NCBI GenBank assembly: GCA_965199495.1
Contig: CBDASK010000003.1
Location: 1,312,001 to 1,376,000 of the forward strand
Source of the DNA: Abditibacterium sp.
Lineage (GTDB): Bacteria; Armatimonadota; Abditibacteriia; Abditibacteriales; Abditibacteriaceae
Reading direction: 5' to 3'
Length of the DNA stretch: 64,000 nucleotides
Shown: positions 40,336 to 51,226 of the stretch, one piece after another
How the letters are laid out: each line of letters begins with the position of its first letter
Numbering within the stretch: position 1 is the stretch's first letter
The notes under the pieces: generated by a model
The model's database searches: none
What the model was told of the DNA's origin: nothing
Seen by the model: only the letters and a program-made list of their open reading frames with translations
Position numbers and translations under genes: made by a program

Positions 40336-41520
40336 TTAGTGACTGAGGCTTTGCGCCTTCAATTGCCGCACAAATCTGGCAGCGACAACGGGCAAACTTT
40401 CTTGAGGAGCGCGCTTTTGCAGGTTCAGCGAAGTGGAAGGCGATGCACCATCAAAGCGTTGTAAACGCGGGTCGTTCGGAGGAGGCACGGCTTCCTTACC
40501 ACGCCAGTGCCAATCATGACGATTAACGATGACGGGCAGACCGTGATCCAGTATAGTTGCCGTGGAACTGCTCTTTTCGATCAACTGCCAGGGAGAAGCA
40601 GAAATCCCAAAATCAGCTTTTTGGAGCAAGCGCGAGACATGATCTGCGGATTGCTTGCCCCAAAATACGAAAGTTATATCAGCAGCATATTTACGCTTCA
40701 TCTCTTCCCAAATTGCTTCACCAGCGCTTCCCAATCGTCCGATAGCCATTAAGCGCAACCGTCTTTGCCGTTGTGTGGCCATTTCTATCAAGACGCTTAA
40801 TAAAGGTTCTGCTTCCCACTGGTTATAAAGTGCGCCGAAGAACACACCTGTCCATAGGGGAAACGATTGCTGAGATGAAGCAATAGACGCAGTCTTTTCC
40901 AGCCAAAACGTCTCGAATTGTCTCTGCGCCTCAGGGTCGTCGTTTGATGCGATTGGGATGTTAGCAAACAATGGTAAGTGAGCGGCCTGAAATCCATCGC
41001 GGGTGAGAATCGCCATGTAAACGCCATTGGACGTGGCTATCGCGGCGGGCCGCAACTGACGAGTCATTTGCAGAACATAATGCCGTTGCAGTTTGCCCAC
41101 CGCTCTCTCTTTCAGATTGGCTTCGATGGTCTCCCCGATCCACAATTCATGGAACATGATGTGGAGACGACGTTCTTCGACGAGCTGTCGCAGATTGGCC
41201 GCCAAGCCGCTCACAACGCCTTTGGGATGAAACGCGTAGGGCACGAATTGCAAACTGACCCAATCGGGAGCGAACTCGTCCAAAAAATTGCGAGCGAGTT
41301 CGATGCGTTCATGCCAAGATAAGCTATCGGGCAATCTCAATTGTGAAATTCCATCGTCATTGCGTTGCGGTGTGGTAACATGAGGATCGCTCAACGCCAC
41401 GATCTGGCATTTGACATGGGGTTGCTGGCGCTCGATTTCCCGAGCCAATAAACAGCTGTAATCGCCAACTCCATTGGCGCCCGGTTCCAAGCCACCAACT
41501 AAAAACGTGATCTTCGTCAT
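40336..41520 (-). CDS. GT-B fold glycosyltransferase
   Basis: GVGDY, MFHELW, KSS...HGLPV. Confidence 0.78.
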   Translation of the reverse strand: MTKITFLVGGLEPGANGVGDYSCLLAREIERQQPHVKCQIVALSDPHVTTPQRNDDGISQLRLPDSLSWHERIELARNFLDEFAPDWVSLQFVPYAFHPKGVVSGLAANLRQLVEERRLHIMFHELWIGETIEANLKERAVGKLQRHYVLQMTRQLRPAAIATSNGVYMAILTRDGFQAAHLPLFANIPIASNDDPEAQRQFETFWLEKTASIASSQQSFPLWTGVFFGALYNQWEAEPLLSVLIEMATQRQRRLRLMAIGRLGSAGEAIWEEMKRKYAADITFVFWGKQSADHVSRLLQKADFGISASPWQLIEKSSSTATILDHGLPVIVNRHDWHWRGKEAVPPPNDPRLQRFDGASPSTSLNLQKRAPQESLPVVAARFVRQLKAQSLSH

Positions 41521-41583
41521 GATATTTTGAGAGTTCTCATCAGTGTTAAAAGCAGTCACATCAAATTAACAATAAATTTGAGG

Positions 41584-42486
41584 CTATATAGTTTGTCCAT
41601 TGGTTCTAAATGGCGCGGCAGATTTAATGCGCTCCTGAACTTTTCCCACATCTTTTATATATATTGTGTTGCCTGACTTCATATTTTTGCCATTGAGAGG
41701 CTTCAACTTCCGACGAAAAGGCGAATAGGTGAAGGTTTTAAAGCCATAACTCATCATCTTTTTATGAAGCGCAGCTTCGTCAAATCCATAGCGATTGCCG
41801 CTTCCATTTAATTCCATGATGACCGCGAGCAATGATTCTTGAGATAAAGTAGCCTCCGCGCCTTTAATGACATTGGTTTCAAAACCTTCAACATCAATTT
41901 TGATAATGGTGGGATGCTGTTCTGCGATAAGGCTATCCAATGTTTTTATGGGAACAGAAATGGAATCCAAATCTTCTTCATCTGTAGATATGACGTGATT
42001 AACGGTGTCTAATCCTGCGGTGAATTTAAGTTCGCCATTTTCGTGACCGACACCAATATTTTTAGCATCTACGTGTCCATAAATACCGTTTAAATCTATG
42101 TTTTTCACCAGGTTGTAATAAGTCGTTGGTATTGGTTCAAAAGATACACATTTTGCTCCAATGACAGCACCCGCTAAAACAGTGTAGGATCCCACATTGG
42201 CACCAACGTCCACGAATACATCTTCTTTTCGCAAAGCGTGGAGCACAAAACCCATATCCTCAAATTCATGCAATCCCGTATAGACGTTTTGGGTGGCTCC
42301 TGTCATACCTGGACTTACGAGTAATTGGGAGTCATTCACGAAACTAACGGCCACGGCCCCAGGCGCTAACCTGCTGCCGATTTGCCAGGCAACAAAGCGT
42401 TTGATAGATGCTAATTTTCGCTTTCTGTTCAAAGGATGATTAGTAATAAATCGCAGCAAATGGAGGATATTGAGTATTTGGTTCAT
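41584..42486 (-). CDS. FkbM family methyltransferase
   Basis: DVGANVG, FEP, IKIDVEGFE. Confidence 0.93.
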   Translation of the reverse strand: MNQILNILHLLRFITNHPLNRKRKLASIKRFVAWQIGSRLAPGAVAVSFVNDSQLLVSPGMTGATQNVYTGLHEFEDMGFVLHALRKEDVFVDVGANVGSYTVLAGAVIGAKCVSFEPIPTTYYNLVKNIDLNGIYGHVDAKNIGVGHENGELKFTAGLDTVNHVISTDEEDLDSISVPIKTLDSLIAEQHPTIIKIDVEGFETNVIKGAEATLSQESLLAVIMELNGSGNRYGFDEAALHKKMMSYGFKTFTYSPFRRKLKPLNGKNMKSGNTIYIKDVGKVQERIKSAAPFRTNGQTI

Positions 42487-42915
42487 ATTTTTTTCACAAA
42501 GAAATATTGCTCTTGCAACTTATCTTACATGAAGCTTTAGTTTCGGCGCAATCCCCAAGGAAGAGTTGCTCAGGATCCTGCTCCAAAAACCGGAGAGTGG
42601 ATCAAATGAAGAAAATGTTACAAAAAAGTGGCAATTGCTCGGCAAACATAAACACATTTCAATAATATCGGTAAAGGAGTAAATAAAATGCTTGCTCCAA
42701 TGAGGCGAGAGGCAAGTGATACAAATAAATAGCCCGTGCAAAAATCTGAGTGTGTTTACGAATGCAGAGGAATTGAGTGTGAATTAAATCCAACTCACGC
42801 GCGCTAAGTTAGATTTAATCCAGAAAGCAAGTTTCCGACGCATATGCGCCACGTTCAGATTTTTGCACGGACTATTGATGAATCAGAGCTTCTCTTAGCG
42901 TTCAAAGAACAGAAA

Positions 42916-43719
42916 TTACGCCGGGCGAATGAAACTCACGGCCATGCCGGTATGCAGTTTACGGCGTAAAGGTAGAGGTAGAGTGCGCGAAGAGCGTTCG
43001 ATCAGTTGAACCAAACGTGAAGGCATAAATTTCAGCAGCATTCCCATTTTGAGATGACCATTTGTTAAGGGGTTGGTGTAGAGCTGAACGTTTTTTATCT
43101 GAAGACCCGCTTTGTCGGCTAAGACTTCTAATTCGTCGGTGTGCAATAGAAAAATGTGACCGTCCGAATTGGGTTTGAATTGTATGCTCTCGAATTGAGA
43201 AGGGTCAGCACACTGAGAGAATTTAGGCAATTTGTTAAGAAGGTAACCACCGTTTGGCGTAGTCATTACGATGTGTCCTCCTGGTTTGACAAGTGCAGCG
43301 ACCGAAGCAAGAAATTCGTCGGGGTGCGCGACATGCTCGATGATTTCAGTAATTAGAACTGCATCGAATTTTTCATCGAAATCCAACTCGAACGCGTTTC
43401 CAGGCGCGTAATGAACGATGCCTTTTTCATGCTTGAGCTTGACATAATCCATCAACTCGGTGCGCAAATCGTTCCATGTCACTTCGTAGCCCATCTCGGA
43501 TAGAGACAGAGTGAAGTTGCCTTGCGCAGCCGCAACATCAAGGATTTTAGCGCCTGGAACACACACTTGCTTTATGAGTTCAAGTGTGTGCTGACGCCGA
43601 TCATCATAAGCATAAGCGTAACCTTTGACTGTTTGAGTACCGAAAACTTCAAGCAAATCATACTCGTAACTGCTGGACCAGCTTTCGGGCCATTGTGCAT
43701 TGGGAATGGGTTGTTTCAT
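42916..43719 (-). CDS. Class I SAM-dependent methyltransferase
   Basis: ILDVAAAQG, EIIEHV, KPGG..TTPN. Confidence 0.88.
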   Translation of the reverse strand: MKQPIPNAQWPESWSSSYEYDLLEVFGTQTVKGYAYAYDDRRQHTLELIKQVCVPGAKILDVAAAQGNFTLSLSEMGYEVTWNDLRTELMDYVKLKHEKGIVHYAPGNAFELDFDEKFDAVLITEIIEHVAHPDEFLASVAALVKPGGHIVMTTPNGGYLLNKLPKFSQCADPSQFESIQFKPNSDGHIFLLHTDELEVLADKAGLQIKNVQLYTNPLTNGHLKMGMLLKFMPSRLVQLIERSSRTLPLPLRRKLHTGMAVSFIRPA

Positions 43720-43754
43720 GATGTATGGGAAAGAGCAAAAAATTAGCGCAACAG

Positions 43755-44315
43755 TTAAGAAAACAGGCGGCAGTAAGAAACTGAGTGTAGGAGATCAGGA
43801 TTGCGTTTGGCGATTACACGTGCAGGCACGCCAGCTACAATACTCAACGGCTCGACAGTTTTCGTCACAGTAGCTCCCGCCGCAACAATGGCTCCTCTGC
43901 CAATGGCGACACCAGGCAAGATCATTGCTCGCGTGCCAATAAAAACGTAGTCTTCAATAATTACACCGTTCATGCGTCCTTCAAAAGTAGCGCTCTGTGG
44001 ATCATGATCCGCTGTGAGAATACACACTTCGGCTGATATCGAAACGTTATCGCCAATAATAATGCCACCACGGTTATCCATACGGCACTTTTGGTTAATA
44101 GTCGAGTTAAAGCCCATGCGGAATTCGCCTCTGGAATCGAACCATGCATCCATAAAAATGAAGCTACCTTTTCCAATCTTACAGCGCAAAGCGCGGCGGT
44201 AGAACCACAGACGAAAAGCGTGAGATGGAATGCGAGCTATAATACGGTTAGTTAAATATAGCAATCCATCGAAGTGAATCCGACGAGCAAAATTTTTCAT
44301 TTCAAGATAGCTCAA
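43755..44315 (-). CDS. LbH O-acetyltransferase
   Basis: ILTADHD, IEDYVFIG, LPGVAIGRG, GVPA; alternative start at 44300. Confidence 0.9.
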   Translation of the reverse strand: MSYLEMKNFARRIHFDGLLYLTNRIIARIPSHAFRLWFYRRALRCKIGKGSFIFMDAWFDSRGEFRMGFNSTINQKCRMDNRGGIIIGDNVSISAEVCILTADHDPQSATFEGRMNGVIIEDYVFIGTRAMILPGVAIGRGAIVAAGATVTKTVEPLSIVAGVPARVIAKRNPDLLHSVSYCRLFS

Positions 44316-45140
44316 TTATTTGTGTTTATCACCACTTCTCCTCTTTAAGAGTTGGAGACGATATTGAATATAGGGAATCCCAAGCAGTTTCAGGCAACGT
44401 AAAAATGCCAATTTATGCCGAACTTCACTCGAGGGCGGTCCAACCGACCAGTTTTCGTTTTCGGCGCCGAATAAGCGTTTCCATTCACGTTCAGCTTCTG
44501 TTTGCCCAACAGACCAAATTGTGGAACTTTTATTATCAGGGTGACAACGAAAACAACCTAAATAGTCATCAATTTTGCAGAAGAGTCCTACTTGGTAAAG
44601 TCGTGAAAAAAACTCTAAATCCATAGCAAAACGCAAACTGGCGTTCAGTAGACCGATTTTATCCATCGCATTACGCCGCCAGAATGCCGTCTCTGAACAA
44701 ACATTAAAGCCATAGCATTGAGGATTGAAGGGCGGTAAGGCTGTCCATCCTACGACATGATTATCTGCATCAATAAGAATTCGGTCGCCATGAACCACAA
44801 TACAATCAGGATTCTTCTTAAATGCACCGATCACTTTGAGAAAAGCGCCTTTTACGTAGGTATCATCACTATTGAGCCAACCTATGATTTCTCCTGTCGA
44901 ACGACGAATTCCCTTGTTGATAGCATCGGCCTGGCCATCGTCCTTCTCCGAAATCCAGTAAGACAAGTGTTTCTCATACTTTTTAATAATATCAACCGAG
45001 TTGTCTGTGCTTCCGCCATCAATAATGATGTATTCGAGATCAGGATAATTTTGATCGAGAACCGATTGAATAGTCACTTCCAAAAACCGGCCTTGGTTAT
45101 AACTGGGCGTCACTATAGAAATTTTAGGGTAGTTTTTCAT
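44316..45140 (-). CDS. Glycosyltransferase family 2
   Basis: SIVTPSYNQG, DGGSTD, WLNSDD. Confidence 0.95.
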   Translation of the reverse strand: MKNYPKISIVTPSYNQGRFLEVTIQSVLDQNYPDLEYIIIDGGSTDNSVDIIKKYEKHLSYWISEKDDGQADAINKGIRRSTGEIIGWLNSDDTYVKGAFLKVIGAFKKNPDCIVVHGDRILIDADNHVVGWTALPPFNPQCYGFNVCSETAFWRRNAMDKIGLLNASLRFAMDLEFFSRLYQVGLFCKIDDYLGCFRCHPDNKSSTIWSVGQTEAEREWKRLFGAENENWSVGPPSSEVRHKLAFLRCLKLLGIPYIQYRLQLLKRRSGDKHK

Positions 45141-45167
45141 CGGAGAAGAACACATATACAATGTTCG

Positions 45168-46415
45168 TTACAACAAAGTTGTGTAGAGTTGAGCATAGCG
45201 TTGTGCTTGAAGATTGAGAGAATACTCGGATAAAGCGATGCTACGACATTTTACCCTTAATTTGTCTTGTGAATCAAGATCACCAAAAATATATGTTAGA
45301 GTAGAGTGTAGCTCTGAAACATCTTTGGGACTCACCAACCATCCCGTGACGTTAGGACGCACCATATCTGTGATACCACCAGATGCAAAACCCACCACCG
45401 GAGTTCCACAGGCAAGCGATTCGAGAACAGTATTGGGTAAATTGTCTTCAAGCGAAGGAATGATGAATACATCAGCGGCACTATAAATCATGGAAAGCAA
45501 ACGCTCGCTGGCGATGTGACCGAGATGTAAGTGTGGCATTTCGATGTTTAGCACAGGACTGTTTTTTCCTACCGAAATAAGAAATCCCTTTGGTAACTTC
45601 AAATTCTGCAATGCTTCGGTTAAATACGCCAATCCCTTGCGCGTTTCATCGAGAGCATCCGCGACAAATAACATCACCTGAGCATCTTGTGGCACGCCCA
45701 GCACATCGCGCGCAGATCGTCGGTCTCGCGGCGCAAAAGCGTCTGTATCTACTCCGTAGGGTATGGTAGCCTTGGGAAAGCGGCCCAATAAACTGCTGCG
45801 ACCTGCTTCCTCGGTTAGCCACCGACTAGGAGCAACAACACGTAACTGTTCACTTCGGAGATGAGTGAATGCTTGATTTTTGCGAGTCCAACTTTCGCGC
45901 GAAAAATCGTTTTCTTTGTCTGATCCCAATTGAGGGCACGCGCCACACTGCTGCGAGAATTTGTCGCACCCCGAGCTATAATGGCATCCCCCAGTGAAAG
46001 GATTCATGTCATGTAGAGTCCATACCAACTTTTGATTTGCTGGCAATCCTGAGAAAACATCCTGATAATCTAAAAACCACGTGGTCCAATGTAAATTGAG
46101 GATGTCACACTCTGGCAACTGTTCCAAAATATCGCGCCCGTAAATGCTCCGATCTGTGGAAAAATAGTTGCCGTCAGCAGGGCGATTGGGGTAACGCTTC
46201 AACTCTCTGTAAATCAAGGTTTTCTTTACGCGTTTCAGAGGAGATTGCAACAAATTCCCTTCGCGCAATTCCACCACAGTTGCATCTTCCGACGAGCGGC
46301 GCAACACAAACATCGAAGAATCAACGCCGGCTTGACATAACCCTTGGTGAAGACGATACGCGGCTCGTGCGGCTCCACCTTGAATATCACTGGTCGCAAA
46401 ATGAACAACTTTCAC
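45168..46415 (-). CDS. Glycosyltransferase family 4 (WcaC-like)
   Basis: GGAARAAYRLH, WTLHD..PFTGGCHY, DNLPNTVLESLACG. Confidence 0.92.
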   Translation of the reverse strand: MKVVHFATSDIQGGAARAAYRLHQGLCQAGVDSSMFVLRRSSEDATVVELREGNLLQSPLKRVKKTLIYRELKRYPNRPADGNYFSTDRSIYGRDILEQLPECDILNLHWTTWFLDYQDVFSGLPANQKLVWTLHDMNPFTGGCHYSSGCDKFSQQCGACPQLGSDKENDFSRESWTRKNQAFTHLRSEQLRVVAPSRWLTEEAGRSSLLGRFPKATIPYGVDTDAFAPRDRRSARDVLGVPQDAQVMLFVADALDETRKGLAYLTEALQNLKLPKGFLISVGKNSPVLNIEMPHLHLGHIASERLLSMIYSAADVFIIPSLEDNLPNTVLESLACGTPVVGFASGGITDMVRPNVTGWLVSPKDVSELHSTLTYIFGDLDSQDKLRVKCRSIALSEYSLNLQAQRYAQLYTTLL

Positions 46416-47320
46416 AGATTTTCACTCTCTCTTTGCATATTTGTAACTTCGGGTTTCCACGCATAAAGATGTAAAAGGCCTTTGCCATCTGGCACGGATG
46501 CATAAGGAGTTGGAATTTTCTCGCCTGGTAAGTCTGAGGCAATTCGAGCATGATTAAAAACAAAGGAGAATCCGGCGGAAGATAAAGAAGAGAGAAGCTT
46601 ACCTAATGCTGCGTCATCAGATTGGCGAATATGAACTTCGCAAACTAGTCGATCAACCCATTTCATCTTGTCAGCCCGGCACAAGTCCTCCAAAACACGA
46701 TATTCTGCTCCCTCAACATCCATTTTTAACAAATCAACACGTTGATTGATGTAATTGGCTAATCGTGTAGCTTTAACCTCGCCTGTCCCCGACTTCTCAT
46801 TCACGAACCCTGCATCAGATTGATCAGATGCAAAGGATATTTTACAGTCTTCATCCCAAACTGCAGCTTCGATGATGTCAACCGATGTTAGAGCCAAATT
46901 ACGAATATTGAGTCCTAATATTTGACATATTTTAGGATCAGCTTCAAAAACAACAATGCTGCTATTTGGATACTGGCGCTTAAATCGCAACACACTCAGA
47001 CCAATGTTGCCGCCACAATCTATAATAAACGGGTTGCTGCGCTCGCAATGAAAATCATATCCGCGTTCTACAAAAATCTCATTGAATTGGGACTCCAAAG
47101 AAGCAATATCAACATAATGAAATTTCCCAAAAGGGAAACTAAAAATCCCGGCAACGCGACGAGAGGTTTTCCTAACATCCATGCTCAGGCGCGCGGACAC
47201 TTCCTCTGTATTTTTTGCTCTCAGGCCGAGCCTTTTTCTTGTTTTATAGTAAAAATTTAAGCAACGTGGAGAAAATTTGAGTAATTTTTTTATACTTTTC
47301 ATGAGATTCAACTGTTTCAA
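46412..47320 (-). CDS. FkbM family methyltransferase
   Basis: IDCGGNIG, FEAD, LKMDVEGAE; alternative start at 47302. Confidence 0.92.
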   Translation of the reverse strand: MKQLNLMKSIKKLLKFSPRCLNFYYKTRKRLGLRAKNTEEVSARLSMDVRKTSRRVAGIFSFPFGKFHYVDIASLESQFNEIFVERGYDFHCERSNPFIIDCGGNIGLSVLRFKRQYPNSSIVVFEADPKICQILGLNIRNLALTSVDIIEAAVWDEDCKISFASDQSDAGFVNEKSGTGEVKATRLANYINQRVDLLKMDVEGAEYRVLEDLCRADKMKWVDRLVCEVHIRQSDDAALGKLLSSLSSAGFSFVFNHARIASDLPGEKIPTPYASVPDGKGLLHLYAWKPEVTNMQRESENL

Positions 47321-47462
47321 TCTTTCTTATCCTTTTCTGACAGAGGTCTTCCTGCAGTTTGTTCGTAGTAGCGTCTGCAAGAAGACCTTTACTCCTTTTC
47401 TGTTGAAGAGCACTTTCTAAATATTATCACTATAAAAAGTGCATGGTATTATCACACTACTA

Positions 47463-48050
47463 TCAAGCACGTTTACGCAATGCGCGAGCTGGCACGCCGA
47501 CTACCACTAAATTAGAGTTTAATGATTTATTGACAACTGCACCAGCACCTACAACACAACCTTTACCAATAGTTACCCCATCCAATATCCTAACGCCACA
47601 GCCGATCCAAACATTTTCTTCTATATTGATTCCCACGCTTGTCTCTATTTGCTCCCGTATGGGAACCCTTAAATCTAAAAATCCATGACTATTAGGGATA
47701 ATTACTGTATGAGCAGCAATTAGGGTGTCTTTACCAATTCGCAAGCCGCCATGCCCATAAAGAACGCAATAAGGCCCAATAAACACATTTTCTTCAATAT
47801 CTATTCTCCCTCCAGAAGTTGCTAAAATCACTCCTTCTGATATAGTAACGCCTTCAGACACATGAATATGGCCACCTCCAATTCCAGTTGCCTCAGTTTG
47901 AAGTAGAGCACTGGCTGAAATGACTGCGCTGTTGGCAACGTAAACACCTGCTCGTTTGTTAAGTAGGAAGCGTCTCATCCTCCAACGAATTTTCAGAAAG
48001 CGAACTTTAACTGAACGTAACGCTAATTCACAGATGCCAATGATATTCAT
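47463..48050 (-). CDS. LbH O-acetyltransferase
   Basis: IEENVWIG, LDGVTIGKGCVVGAG, GVPA. Confidence 0.9.
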   Translation of the reverse strand: MNIIGICELALRSVKVRFLKIRWRMRRFLLNKRAGVYVANSAVISASALLQTEATGIGGGHIHVSEGVTISEGVILATSGGRIDIEENVFIGPYCVLYGHGGLRIGKDTLIAAHTVIIPNSHGFLDLRVPIREQIETSVGINIEENVWIGCGVRILDGVTIGKGCVVGAGAVVNKSLNSNLVVVGVPARALRKRA

Positions 48051-48108
48051 AAAAATAGGAGTCGTTAATTTATTGTAATGTATTTTTGCCTTCTTTCCTT
48101 ATTATCTA

Positions 48109-48284
48109 GCCCCGTGTGCAAGTTCTTTTTACGTTTAGGAGAAGAGCCAAATTGTCATTCTGAGCGTGGAGAGGCACGAACGAAGTCGAAGAATCCTGAA
48201 CTTCATGCATTCTTCGACTTCGTTCGTGCCTCTCCACGCTCAGAATGACAGAAGAAATCGTGAAAACGAACTCGCACATGGGGT
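48109..48284. mobile_element. MITE-like element with 17-bp imperfect TIRs, 6-bp flanking direct repeat and an internal palindrome
   Basis: TATCTA|GCCCCGTGTGCAAGTTC ... GAACTCGCACATGGGGT|TATCTA; the internal GTCATTCTGAGCG palindrome is related to 15119-15284. Confidence 0.75.
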
Positions 48285-48430
48285 TATCTATTTAGAAAAT
48301 ACAACTTAAAGAATTGAATTCAGTGAATTTTCAGAAGAATACGTTTCTTAGCTTCTCAAAAAAGCTCTTTTGGACAGATGTATCTGCGAACATGATCAGG
48401 AATGTAGATTTGTCTGCTTCTTCATTCCTC

Positions 48431-48908
48431 TCAATACTTAATGGGTACTGGAGATAACAAAATCCAATTCATCTGTGTAGAAATGTGGGCGATGTAGTCC
48501 GCCATTTCCTCACCGGAGTGTGTTCTGACGGCTTGATCATACATTTATAATTTGATCCATGTGTGGCGAGAATGTTGGCTTGCATCTCCAGTTCCGAGAG
48601 CATGGAACGAATCCAAGTAAATCCGACAAATCTGCTTCAGATCTGGAACCGTAACTCGCAGAATTCCTCATTCCTCCGGGTTTGAGAACTCGAAAACATT
48701 CTCGAATGAACAGTGTGCCATCAACACGCCCAAAATGCTCTAAGACATTGGAATGATAAATGGCATCAAAGCTCTTGTTACTGAAGGGCAATTCTTGGAG
48801 CAGGTCGTGAGTGATGACGCGTTCGTCGCTAAACACGAAATCTACGATCGTCCAACGCGAGTCGTTGCAAAATCGCGTGCCATGCCTCAGGTTAAGTAAT
48901 TTGGCCAT
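48431..48908 (-). pseudogene. Disrupted SAM-dependent methyltransferase
   Basis: LPF...SFD, VLEH, RVLKPGG, then a 7-bp duplication (48663-48676) causing a frameshift; the restored frame reads ILRVTVPDL...WIKL*MYDQAVR. Confidence 0.85.
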
Positions 48909-49029
48909 AAATTTTTCTCACTCGTAAATTATCAGATTTATTGACTACAAATCAACTGTGTCGGATTTGGAGTAAGCCCAGCGCATGAATTTTAAATATA
49001 GTGTTCTGACTCATTTGATTTGCTGAATT

Positions 49030-50292
49030 TTACCGAGCAATTATTTCGCATTCACCTTGCAAGAACATGAGTCCATGAGAAGCTTGAAGTTGGAATCCGT
49101 TGTCATACACATCACATTCCATAACGTCAAATTGCATCGCGTTTTCTATAAAATCGAGCATTCTAATGTTATGTTGTGCAACGGCGATATCGATAGTGTA
49201 ACTTCCTGGAAGAAAAAACATTTTGGGTAAAGAAAATATAACTTTTTCTAAATTGTGGCGGGGTTGCTGTATCTTTGAGTGCGTCATATTAGTGGCAAAA
49301 GTCGCCAGAGTTTGACCATTTAAAGTTTTAAATACAATGCCAACCAGTGCTTCTTGGAATTCGCTCAAACCCTCGACTTCAACGATAAATTTAAAGGATT
49401 CTCCCATGACCAAAACGTCTGTCATCTGCCCTTTGGCATCAAGTAGACACATTTTTTGTATGATTAGAGAACCGGGCAAATGCGCGTTGTTACGTTCACT
49501 TAACCCCTTCTTCTCCGCACTGCCATCGAGATTGCGGCTCGATTTATTATAAACCTCAATGGCTTGGTCGGTATCGCCTACATACGCAACTTCACCATGT
49601 CTCATCACGATGCAATTAGTGCAGAGCTTTTGCACTGCGCTCATATTATGGCTGACGAACAACACGGTTTTGCCTTCTTGCTCCGAAACGTCTTGCATCT
49701 TTCCCAAACACTTCTTCTGAAACTGTGCGTCGCCAACCGCCAACACTTCGTCAACGATCAAAATTTCGGGATTCAAATGAGCAGCCACGGCGAACGCCAG
49801 TCGCACATACATTCCACTACTATAACGCTTCACTGGCGTGTCCAGAAATTGCTCGACTTCAGCGAAATCCACGATAGCGTCGAACTGGCGAACAATTTCG
49901 CCTTTCCTCATTCCCAAAATTGCACCGTTTAGGTAGATATTTTCACGGCCCGTCAATTCGGAATGAAAGCCCGTTCCGACTTCGAGCAAGCTTCCGACTC
50001 GTCCATAAAGCCTAACTTCACCTTGCGTGGGTTCTGTAATCTGGCTCAAAATTTTCAGCAAGGTGCTTTTGCCTGCGCCGTTACGCCCAACAATACCAAC
50101 AACATCGCCTCTTTTTACGTCAAATGAAACATCTTGAAGCGCCCAAAAAATTTCTTTTTCGACCTTTTCAATAGGATTTTTCAGTCGGTGAATCAAAGCT
50201 TCTCGCACCGTAGTATGACGAGTATCGTTATGGGCAATTGTATATGACTTGGATAGTCTACGAACCGAAACCGCAATATCTTTAGATGACAT
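49030..50292 (-). CDS. wzt: Polysaccharide ABC transporter ATP-binding protein with C-terminal Wzt domain
   Basis: GRNGAGKST, YSSGMYVRLAF, DEVLAVGD, VSH. Confidence 0.95.
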   Translation of the reverse strand: MSSKDIAVSVRRLSKSYTIAHNDTRHTTVREALIHRLKNPIEKVEKEIFWALQDVSFDVKRGDVVGIVGRNGAGKSTLLKILSQITEPTQGEVRLYGRVGSLLEVGTGFHSELTGRENIYLNGAILGMRKGEIVRQFDAIVDFAEVEQFLDTPVKRYSSGMYVRLAFAVAAHLNPEILIVDEVLAVGDAQFQKKCLGKMQDVSEQEGKTVLFVSHNMSAVQKLCTNCIVMRHGEVAYVGDTDQAIEVYNKSSRNLDGSAEKKGLSERNNAHLPGSLIIQKMCLLDAKGQMTDVLVMGESFKFIVEVEGLSEFQEALVGIVFKTLNGQTLATFATNMTHSKIQQPRHNLEKVIFSLPKMFFLPGSYTIDIAVAQHNIRMLDFIENAMQFDVMECDVYDNGFQLQASHGLMFLQGECEIIAR

Positions 50293-51226
50293 CGGCGAAC
50301 CTCCTTTCCATTTTCTTGAACGCAAACGCACCAACAACAAAAAGTGATATGGAACACAGCGCCGAATAAATGACCGCGCCCCATACCGGTTCTTGGCCAC
50401 CCAATATGGACCAACGAAAAGCTTCCAGTAATCCGGCCATGGGGTTAGCTAAAAAAGCTCGACTTGCCCATGTCGCCATTTCAGGTGAAAGTTTGCCTGA
50501 AATTTTTTCTGTCACAGTCGCAATTGAGTAAGCCACGGGGCTAGCGTAAAGTAGAAAGTTCATCATCACTGGCACTACATATTGCACGTCGCGGTAAGAA
50601 ACCATGAGCGCAGATAGGTATAATCCACAACCAATAGCAAACAGCAAAGTCAGGGCCATCCAAAGAGGCAATAGTAACAAGCTCCAACTTGGCACGACGT
50701 GATAAATTGCCATCAGCAAAGCCATCATGATTGCTGCCACACCAAAATCAATCAATGACGAATAGACTGTGGAAAGTGGCAAAACTAAGCGCGGGAAGTA
50801 AACCTTTGAAACTAGATTTGCGTTCTGCACCAGCACGCCACTTGATTTCGTTAGTGTGCTGGAGAACAAGTTCCAGCACAGTAATCCGGCGTAAGAGAAC
50901 ACAATGAACGGCACGCCACCCGACGGCAATCCGGCTACAGCGCCAAAGACAAAAGAGAAGATACCCGCCGCGATGAGCGGTTGCAATATGACCCAGATAG
51001 CGCCTAATGCCGTCTGGCGGTAACGCAATTTCACATCGCGTTGCGCGAGTGTATTGAGCAAATCGCGGAACTGCCAGACCTGCCGCAGATCGAGCGCCTG
51101 CCATCCGCTACTAGGACGAATGATGAGATGCGGCTCCGGCTCATCTATTGAAGCAGACACATCAGGCGTAAGAGACTCACTGTGAATATCTAACTTAGCT
51201 GGTGGGGGACTCGTAGTTTGTTCCAT
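50282..51226 (-). CDS. wzm: Polysaccharide ABC transporter permease
   Basis: RDVKLRYRQTALG..W, KVYFPR, YRD, NP, FADVI. Confidence 0.95.
   Translation of the reverse strand: MEQTTSPPPAKLDIHSESLTPDVSASIDEPEPHLIIRPSSGWQALDLRQVWQFRDLLNTLAQRDVKLRYRQTALGAIWVILQPLIAAGIFSFVFGAVAGLPSGGVPFIVFSYAGLLCWNLFSSTLTKSSGVLVQNANLVSKVYFPRLVLPLSTVYSSLIDFGVAAIMMALLMAIYHVVPSWSLLLLPLWMALTLLFAIGCGLYLSALMVSYRDVQYVVPVMMNFLLYASPVAYSIATVTEKISGKLSPEMATWASRAFLANPMAGLLEAFRWSILGGQEPVWGAVIYSALCSISLFVVGAFAFKKMERRFADVI

Noticed and set aside
47344..47387. Short inverted repeat AGGTCTTCCTGCAG/CTGCAAGAAGACCT as an IS remnant
   Set aside because: Single short copy with no target duplication or transposase fragment.
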